Part shown: positions 55,100 to 64,000 of the stretch, one piece after another
How the letters are laid out: each line of letters begins with the position of its first letter
Numbering within the stretch: the stretch's first letter is position 1
Assembly (NCBI RefSeq): GCF_036321535.1
Contig: NC_087437.1
Location: forward strand, 23,562,001 to 23,626,000
Direction: 5' to 3'
Source of the DNA: Camelus dromedarius
Taxonomy: Eukaryota
Length of the DNA stretch: 64,000 bases
Notes under the pieces: generated by a model
Seen by the model: only the letters and a program-made list of their open reading frames with translations
The model's database searches: none
Told to the model about the DNA's origin: nothing
Position numbers and translations under genes: made by a program

Positions 55100-56056
55100 C
55101 TAGAGAAAACACTGCTGTCAGCTCCTCTGCTACTCAGACACAACACCCATGTGTGGCTTCTCCCCCACACAGACCAGTGCTCCCACACCAGCAGGGTGTC
55201 CTGCCCTTCGATTCAACTCCACAAGAACCAGCACAGGGCCCCCAGGTGAAGGGCGGGGTCCCACAAGACAGCCCCCACTTCTGACACCAGTCACAGGCAG
55301 TAGGTCCGCAGCTCATCCACAGCTCCTGTCTGACCTGGCTGCGCATCAGAGGTTCCCAAGAACCCCAGAGGTGAGAAAAACAGTTGGCTTACTATTGCCA
55401 GTTTGCTACAAAAGATGTTTTAAAGGATAAAAATGAACAGCCAGATGAAGAGATACCCAGGGCGAGGGCTGGACGAGTCCGGAGGGCAGGAGCTTCTGTG
55501 CCCACGGAGTTGGGAGGCACCACCATCCTGGCTTGTAGATTTGGTCCCCCATCTGGAAGCTCCCCAAACCCCGTACTTTAGGGATTTTCATAGAGGTTTC
55601 ATCACATAGCACAACTGATTATTAACTTATTTTCAAATCCCTTGCCCTCTCCAGAATATTGGGGGGTTAGGGCTGAAAGCTCCAAGCTCCTAATCATGGC
55701 CTGGTCTTTCTCGTGACCAGCCCCCAGCCAAAAGCCCACCAAGAGTTGTCTCGTTAAAATAAAAGATGCTCCTATCACCCAGGAAATTCTAAGGGATTTA
55801 GGAGCTCTGTGCCAGACACTCCTTTCCCTCAGGAAATTGCAAGGGTTTTAGGAGCTCTGTGCCAGGCACCAGGCTCAAAGACCAAACAACAGAACAGGGA
55901 GGTAGAGACCAAAGTGTGTGTGTGTGCGTGTGTGTGTGTGTGTGTGAGTGTAAAAATATATACATATATGTGTGTGTGTGTGTATATATATATACTATAT
56001 ATATATAATATATATATTAAATATATATATACATTTTTTTAACTATTTCACAATGT
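55100..56056 (-). mobile_element. MER21-family LTR
   Basis: gtcccacaagacagcccccacttc, gaacagccagatgaagagata, gggctgaaagctccaagctcctaatcatggcctggtctttc, ggttttaggagctctgtgccagg, end tatttcaca. Confidence 0.82.
55914..56032. repeat. Compound (TG)n/(TA)n microsatellite inside the MER21 end
   Basis: Read directly. Confidence 0.93.
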
Positions 56057-59000
56057 TTTAACACTTATCTACCCGTGGGCTTCGTGGACTCCAACCCTGG
56101 AAAAGACCGAGCTGTCTGTGTAAAAAAGAAAGTGGTGAAGAGAAGTGAGGTGTGGGATGCAAGAGTGGAGAAAGAAAACTGAGCACAGCACACCACCTGC
56201 GCCCCAAGGATGTGCTGGGATGTGGGTCTCTAACTAAAGTCAGAGAAGAGTAAGAACTCTGAGTCTCTACTTTGGAAGTCTGTTCACTGCTTTGCTTTGG
56301 TGGTTTTCCAGTTTGGAGCTGTGTTTTGTTTTGCCCTTGGTTACCTAGTAAAGTCACTGTTTAAAAAATTCCAACCTTGTTTAAACTGAACTAAGAAGAA
56401 AAGGAGAATTGTCCCCCTCCAGACGTGGCAGACAGGAATTTCAGAGGCTCTGGACGAGCAAGGCACTCTGGTCACAGCTGTGGTGCCAGCTGGAGGGCAG
56501 GAAAGATCCAGCAAGGCTAACGCAGGAGACGGGGGACCTCAGAAGACAAGGGGCCTCAGAGCTGGCTTGGGCATAACTGGAAAATCCCAGCAGAGGGCCA
56601 GCCTGCCCTCTGCACAACAGCTCCATACGACTTCCCAGGGCCTTAGACTAGGAAGGTCATTTTAGTCTGCCTGAAAACTGCTAGCCAGTTTCTTAAAAAA
56701 AAAAAAAAATTAAATTCTATATTTGTTTAATTTTTTTCTTTTTTTGGCACGCTAAAATAGCTGCTGGAGTTTAGTATACTGTTAGGCCCAGGGAAAAAAA
56801 AGAATTAAATGTTTAAAGAACCAGTTTGAGAACGCATTTTAAACATCTAAAAGTAATTGGCTCCATTCTAGCCATGTGTGTAGCACCAAAAGTAACTTGC
56901 ACCCTAAGGCCCCATAAAAATTGTAGCTTCAAACCGACAAAATAGTCAACGACAGGGCCTTGCTGATGGGACCCTGGCTCTGTGTCGGGGCTCTGTGGTC
57001 ACTGGAATTAAGATGTAGAGTTTCTGGGGCTTTTCCTGAACAATGTCCCAGAACCAGGAACCCAAGACTGCCAGAATTCCACGTCCTTCCTCCACTTGCC
57101 GCTGGGCCTACAGAGTGAAGCCGTGCCTGCGCAAGATGCATATTCAGTGTCTCCTTAGTGCCCCGGAGTATCTGGGTCTGACTGGGGCAGGTGATGGGAG
57201 CAATAAAAATTGCATATGCTGGCAAGTTCCTTCCTGCCATGAGAACCTTTATGCGTGATGTCCATAGCATTAGAAGAACAGAACCACTGCACTTAAATCA
57301 GAGGAAAATCCTCTCTATGGAAGAAACGTTAAAACAGATTGGTAACTAGAAAATAAGTAGAATTCTTTTTGAAAATTTGAGACTGTAACCCTAAAGAAAA
57401 AGAGCAGATGATCAGTTAATGTAATAACTTCAGGATGTCTTATTATTCCAAAATAATAGCAATGTTAAAATCAATATAACAAATGAGGTTTAATTATAAA
57501 TCTAGCCCATTTTAGAAACTCAACCATGTTTGTTAGAAGCACTTTTTCCTGACCACTTAGCCCCCTTCTTTTAGCTGTGTCCTTGAAAACTCTTATTTGT
57601 ATTAAAAGTTTTACAGAATATACTAAGAGTAATCAGCATGTTCTTTGAATTGTTAAAATGTGGGCGTTTTTTCAATTCTAGTGAAGATTTTGATTATAAA
57701 TACAGTAGTACTTCAGAAATACGAGTCTTCAGTTCAAAGGGAGAGGATACTCAGATGTAGGAGACCCTGCCATTCTGTCTTAATAAAGACTGTGAAGTGT
57801 CCCCCATCACTCAGAAACTTGCATAAAGACTGATACTCCCTTGTAAAAAGAGTAAAATCAAAAAGAACAGTAAAAGTCAAAAAAAGTACCAAAAAAAAGT
57901 AAAGGAAAAGATCAAAATAAAGCAAAGATTGTCTATTCACTATTCATTTAGAGTTTTCTCCCTAATTAAACAAAATTTGTCTAACCCTATAAAAACTAAA
58001 CTTTAAACCAGATTTTTGTAGCAGAATATAAATAGTAAACACAATATATTTCCATAGTAACAAATTAAGCATTTTCTCACTTAGTCACATCTCTTTTAAG
58101 AAATAAATTTAAGGGGGGAAATAGAACCATATTTCAGTAAGAATAAAAAACGATTGTTACTTTCCCAAAACTGCTACAGTATGCTACTAATACAATCAGG
58201 CCTGAAAAATACTTATGAATCAATCTAGTAACTAAGTATGTAAATGCACTAACTTGACTTAGTTTTTTTTAAACAGATTTATATTTAAAAACTGAATTAA
58301 AATTATTAACAGAACGTAATTTCCCTCTTTTAACATACAAAAGAAAACATGATGGAAATCTTTCCTCTAGGTATAAAAATAACACACCTTCGCTCTTCGA
58401 ATTTTGTTTTAAATAAAGTTATCCTAAGTGGGAAACATTAATGTTTTGTTTAAAAAAAAAAAACTTTAAAACTTATTTAAAGTTTCTGTATCTTTAAATT
58501 ATAAACAGTATTTTTTGAAGGAGCATTCTTGGGACACAGTTAATAGGGCAGTAGTAAATTCAGTAGCACCCTTACCAAACACAGGTTGCAAAATACGGGC
58601 CTTAGTATAGTAAGTAGCAGATCAACTATACTTCAATTGGAAAAAAAAAAAAAAAAAGCAAATAGCATAAGGACAAGAAGTCACAATACACTGTTTAAAA
58701 TCCTACTACTCTGGATAACTATTTCTTGACTAACTAAAATCTCAATAGCTCTGAAAATTAGTTCTGTTTAGTGAGGCAACCATACCACAGCAAATGCAAA
58801 CAAGTAAAATGTGAAAGAAAAAAAATTTGTCAATTTAAACGTCACCAATTTCTCAGTTTAGCCTAATTTTTTTAGCAAAGATTGAAGAAGAATAAAAATA
58901 TTCATTGATAAATGTTCTAAACATTTCCTCCCAGGAATGAGGCCACAACTCATAACCAAGTTTCTAGGGCAAATTTCTAAAACACACACAAGCTCTGAAG

Positions 59001-59300
59001 AAGAAATATGTTATCTCCGTTCCCACCTACAAGCTGTTTAATTCATTTTTTTATCACGACTACGCTATTTACCCCAAGGTACACGTCTAGTTAGCATCAA
59101 GCACCGTGTTTAAAAAGATGTAACAGAGAAGCTCTCTGTTTGATTTCAAAATGCCACAGGAATCACTGGCAAAGTTTAAAATGAAAAACAGCCCTCTCCA
59201 ATGCCCGGAGCCAGCTGCTACTGGCCAGAATCCGGCTCTTTCCAGGACAGCAGCAGATCTGCAGGAGACATCGCTAAACAAGGAACGTCGTCTCCCAAGT

Positions 59301-59596
59301 GAGGGTCGGCAGTTTTCTGCACAGGGCCAGAGAGTAAACAATTTAAATTCTGCAGGTCATATCACTTCTGTGGGGACTCGCAACAGCCACAGAAGATATG
59401 TCAACCAATGTGGCTATGAGCCAAGGAAACTTTATGGACCCTGAAGAGTGAATTTCATATAACTCTCACATGTCACAATATGTTACTTTTCTCTTCAGCC
59501 ATTTAAAAATGTAAAAACCATCACTGGCTGTATAAATACAGGTAGCTGTTAATAGTCTGCTGGATTGGGCCCATGGGCCGAAAGTCTGCCACCCTG
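59301..59596. mobile_element. MER58B-type hAT-Charlie element
   Basis: gagggtcggcagttttctgcacagggccagagagtaaa...gaatttcatataa...gccatttaaaaatgtaaaaaccat...ggattgggcccatgggccg...ctgccaccctg. Confidence 0.82.
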
Positions 59597-60274
59597 GCCT
59601 AGCACCCAGCCTTCCCTCAGCCCCCAACTACCGCTCCCCCTCCGTTTACATAAACCTACAATGAGTGCTCTTTGGAAAAGCATCGCTTTTGCTTCTTTAG
59701 GTCTCTGATGCCCTTCTTTAGGCCTCTGTTTCTTTCCCACAGCTCCCAAAAGTCCAACAGAACAAAGAGAGGTCAGAAAAGACACAAAGTATGGCCTGAA
59801 GAAGGCGCACCAGCACTCTTGGGCTGCTTTCCAGCTATCTTCTGCAAGTGGCATAACCATTCCCCATGCCCATTTCACCATCTACAAAAATCAAACAAAA
59901 AAAAAGGATCACAGTATTTCTGAAGGTGTGGTTTTATATGCAGAAGGGTAGGTAGAGCAGAAAATACAACTTGTGGATAAGAGTTGCCAACCACAGTTCA
60001 GAAACAAACTCTTGCCTGATGTTTCATTGGGAAGTTCCTTGATCATGGTTGTGTATGGGTCCCTGGGTAGAGAAAGGAAGTTCACCGAATTGAGTTAAAA
60101 TTCTGGGAGAAAAGCAATCTCACTGACTGCATGACAGTTTTCATGATTCTCGGAGCGGGCCAGAAACTCGACAAACATGAAACGAGAATCTCTTTGTGTT
60201 AAAAGAACAGGGAAGGCACTGGGAGGTGCAGAGAAATGAGTAAGACTCAGTCCTTTACTTCAAAGATGTAAATG

Positions 60275-60343
60275 GCCACATTGGTTGACATACCTTCTGC
60301 GGCTGTTGCGAGTTCCCACAGAGGTGATATGACCTGCAGAATT
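60275..60343 (-). repeat. 69-bp inverted copy of 59346-59414
   Basis: The reverse complement aligns without gaps to 59346-59414 with 4 mismatches. Confidence 0.95.
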
Positions 60344-61663
60344 CTACTTTATTCAACATAAACATGATCTATCATACAAAGCAGGTAGGATTTGTATAAA
60401 CCAACAGCATTAAGAAGTCAGAAAAAGAGCCAAACAAAAGACAGTAAAGGGGAGAACTTCCTAGGAGCTAGATCTAAACAGAGAACAGACTTCCAAGGAG
60501 AACAGGAGGCACAGACATGTGAGAGCCTCGTTCACGTATAGATCTAGGACCGCAGGAGGCGTGGATTCTCAGCTCCACTAGACATTACTATGCTGCTCTC
60601 CAGAAATGTCCTACTCCCATTAGCAGTTGGAGAGTTCTCATCCTCACAAGTTGGTATGATCAGAGCCTATTTTCAAATGCTTTAGTCAATGTGATGGGTA
60701 GAAAAGATCATCTCAATCTAATTGTCTCATCTGCCCGCCACATTCTCAAAGTCATTTTGTATGTCTGTTTTTATCATATAGTTGGATGGCAGAGTCTAAG
60801 GATGACAAGTTATTTTGTGTGGCTGGAGCCCAGGACACAGAAAGTACACAAAGGACAAGCCTCCCTCTCTTCTTCCAGAGGTTTCTCCAGGACCTTGGTC
60901 TCTTCCTCTCCGCCCCATAAATTGCCAGTTTGCATCAACAGATAGGGACAAACTTTCCCTTTCCTCCTTGAATGTGCCAGGGTAAATTAAAGACTTTATA
61001 AATGAACATGGTTGAAAAATACTGGTCTTCACAGAAACATCTGAAACCATTTCCTCCGTTGTTGCCCAAAACTTGGTTTCTGCCCAATTTAGATCATGGA
61101 ACAGTCAAGGTACCTTAGAAAACAGACAAAAACATTGATCCAGGTCTGCAGACCTGGTTACAAATGCTTGGCAGAAATATATTCAATTTTTTCCTTCTCT
61201 AATCTAGAAGGCAAAAAAAGTATAGGGAAGATAAATCAGGGTATGAATGTGACTTGCTGACATTCATTAGGATGGTTTTGCCTCGAAAGCTCCCGTGGGG
61301 ATAAAATTTTAAGGTAAAATTCTGATAGCTGATTCTAAGAGAAAATGATTGATTTTAACCAAATTCGTGCTTCGAGTCTTTCCATGCTAAGAACAAAGTA
61401 GCAACCAAAAAAGAAATGAACACAGTCCACAGCAGAACTCTCAGTAAACAGAACAAAAAGCAGTGTTCTCAACTGTAGTTAACACACAGCATCAAAGCTA
61501 GGAAAAACTATTTTCCAAAAACTGATTAACGTGATTCAAACAGCACATTCCCCACTACGGTGGAAAGATGGAAAATCACTATAAATATCCGCTTCCTAAA
61601 AAGCGTTGCTATTATCATTCTGGTAACACTAGAATGCCTCATATACACATAGATTTGTCTAAT

Positions 61664-61868
61664 TCAGTGGTTTTCAACCCTGGGCAATTTTGTCCCTGCA
61701 GAGACATTTGGTCACTTTTCATTTTGAGTCGCTTTTTATTTGCACACCTGGAGAAGGGTGCTCCTGACATCTAGCGAGTAACAATGCTGCTAAACATCAT
61801 ACAATTCACTAGACAGTCTACCACAATTATTATCTGGCTCAAAATGCAAAAAGGGCCACAAAACCCTG
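61664..61868. mobile_element. MER20 element, opposite orientation to the copy at 50562
   Basis: cagtggttttcaaccctgggcaattttgtccc...gacatttgg...gtgctcctgacatctag...atgctgctaaacatc...ttatctggctcaaaatg. Confidence 0.82.
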
Positions 61869-63399
61869 GTCTAGTCTATTTCTTAGTGGCTATCTGAGAT
61901 ATGGTGACCAACACAGGGGGTCAGAGATGATAAGCACTCTTCTTTAAGACTTCCCATTAAGTAAGCTAGACAACTTAGAGTCCTAAAGTTTGCTTGATAT
62001 TCACATAGATAAAGAAAATTTTCCAGTTAAGCAATTTTCAGTTGTAGTATTTTAGCGAGAAAATGGAACATAATCCAGGATTCTAGCTATGTTATCAAGC
62101 ACTGTCCCATCTATATTTATATTTATTAGCTTATCACATCTACCTAATTAACGAACAGTTCATAATCAAACTGGCTACTGCTGATTCCATCAGTTACAAA
62201 TTAATATTTTTCTGCATTTAGATGATATCTGAATTTTCCATGCCCACTTATCAAAATCAGTCCTCAAATTTCAGCAGTAGGTTTTACGTGGTCATTTTCT
62301 GAAAAAAAAAATCATATCTGAAATATCCTTTCTCTGATGTTACAATCCATTAAAACTTTACTGTCCAGCTCCATGAAACTTAAAAGTCAGATTAGGAATG
62401 GAAGATGATTTTGAATGTAAACCTAAAGGCAGCTACAAAGAGATGCCTTCTACAAAAAAGTAAGGAGTGTTGATAACAAAGTGAAATAAAATATACAAAG
62501 GCTGAAGAGGTCCCTCTAAAAGCAGCAAAGCCCTGAGAGGTTATTTTATTTCCCAGAAGTTTTCTCGGGTGTTTCAACAAAGAAAGTCATTTTTTCTGGG
62601 GATTTTTTTTCAATGTCTAGATTTCCAAGTTTGCTGAAGGCATTTACTTGTCTACTTTCTAGATGTTACACTAAAAGAAAATTTTGAAGTTATGAAAAAA
62701 TTTCAGTTCAAGTTTAAAGAAACCAAAAAGGTTTGAGAAACCCATTTTGAAGCCACCACATAAATCTGAAAGAAAAGTATCCTGTAACTGACAAAAATCT
62801 ATCTGAATGCTTAAGTTTCTCAAGCTAACAAAGCAAGTACTGTTTGGGAGGAATGTAGAAAGATGGGCAACTTAGTCCACAGTTTTCTAAAACACTTACG
62901 GAAAGCCAAACTATTGCTTACATGGATTAACTGGGTTTTACACCAAATGCCAACTTCTAAATGTACACCTAAAATAGAAATTTCTGTCCTTGTGTTTAGT
63001 GTAAAGCTCAAGCAGAAAAACGACTTATTTACTCCCCCACCAAAAAAAAAAAAATGACAAAATGATTTTAATCTGAAAAAAAAAAAAGCAGTACAGCAGA
63101 AGGACATTTAAATGCAAGATCTAATTTCATGGAGCACAGAGTTAGAGCACAAAGTGGAAAACTCCAAGGGTATCTCATGTGCAGCAAAGGGCAGCAAAGT
63201 ATGTTTGGACAAACATGTGGTGGGACTCCCTTTAATCTTGCTAAATGTAAAAAGTCTTGTTTTACATGAACTTGACTGAACTATTCGGGGCAGTTCGAGC
63301 TTCTGAAAACAAGAAATGGCATTAAGGGTTTAAGGAAAGGGGTGGCTAAGGGGAGAAGCTGTAGACAGCTTCCCCTCCAAATCCCCAAGGAGGAAAGCT

Positions 63400-64000
63400 A
63401 CCGCCTGGAGGTTACCGGGTAGCCAAGCAGTCTTACTGAAAACAACCAAGGTTTTGAGCGTTGTTTTTGGCAGAAGGTAGGTGTTACCGGCTGCTTCCTG
63501 GGGCGCTGGAAGGAATGTGTCACCATCAATCAGAAAGTACACTGAGCCCCGTGTTCAGGTCACAGAGGGAGTACTGCCTCGTCGAGTACGGATAAGTCAT
63601 GCCAACTCCAGCAAAGAAGAAAGGAAAGCTGCAGGACAAGGTGTTGGTACCCACTGACCCGCAAGACCAAAAGGAAACCCCAACTTGTGCTGAAGAAAAC
63701 TTCGTGCGCTCTCGGCTTTCTGAGAACGCCAAGCGCCCCAGAGGGCGGATGCTCCCACACTTCCCCGGGGACCAGCCCCGCCCGCGCGCAGGACCTCGGC
63801 GGTCCTGGGGCGGGTGGACAGCCCTCCGCACTCACCTCGGTGGTCCTCCGGCAGGACAGGCTCCCACCCACTCACCCCTGCGGGCGTGGGGAGGGGCGGG
63901 CCCCCTCCACCTACTTCACCTGGCAGGCTCCACGCGAAGGGCTGGCTGCTGGATGAATGAACTGGCCGTCCGGCCGAGCCTCACGAGGCCCGGCGGCCCG
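63400..64000 (-). promoter_or_regulatory. Edge of a CpG island; probable promoter/first-exon region of a minus-strand gene continuing beyond the window
   Basis: Sharp rise in GC and CpG; GC boxes (ccccgccc 63776-63783, ggggcggg 63807-63814 and 63893-63900); minus-strand donors GAG|GTGAGT (63836|63835), GGG|GTGAGT (63876|63875) and CAG|GTGAAG (63920|63919). Confidence 0.8.

Noticed and set aside
55780..55865. 36-bp direct repeat caggaaatt...ttaggagctctgtgccag
   Set aside because: As I recall, this repetition is intrinsic to the MER21 LTR consensus. There are two copies only, with no CRISPR-like spacer array.
63526..63956. ORFs in the GC-rich right end as a first coding exon
   Set aside because: Open frames are expected in GC-rich DNA; they lack ATG starts and run through candidate donors. 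No gene symbol can be justified.
1..64000. The many short ORFs (60-130 aa) in the supplied track as genes or an operon-like system
   Set aside because: Lengths fit chance, many use GTG/TTG starts or run through Ns, microsatellites or repeats, and only L1 ORF2 fragments show recognisable homology. This is spliced mammalian DNA.

Overview
This is mammalian, almost certainly camelid (camel/llama/alpaca), non-coding genomic DNA, not a prokaryotic locus. Three copies of a tRNA-Ala-derived SINE of the Vic-1 type identify the lineage. The window holds ordinary eutherian interspersed repeats: a 3.2-kb decayed L1 ORF2, older L1M pieces, L2, MIR, Tigger7/MER44, MER58, MER5A, MER20, MER81, and MER68, MER21 and MLT1 LTRs. 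A 200-N assembly gap lies at 24247-24446. The right end is the edge of a CpG island with minus-strand splice donors, so about 24.4-63.8 kb probably belongs to the first intron(s) of a minus-strand gene I cannot name. A 93-nt candidate exon lies at 34212-34304. No complete protein-coding gene is supported; the only clearly real protein homology in the ORF track is to L1 ORF2 fragments. I found no evidence of a novel multi-gene system. The most unusual structure is a 69-bp, 65/69-identical inverted copy of part of a MER58B element placed 860 bp away. Repeat family names come from recalled consensus sequences and should be confirmed with RepeatMasker/Dfam.
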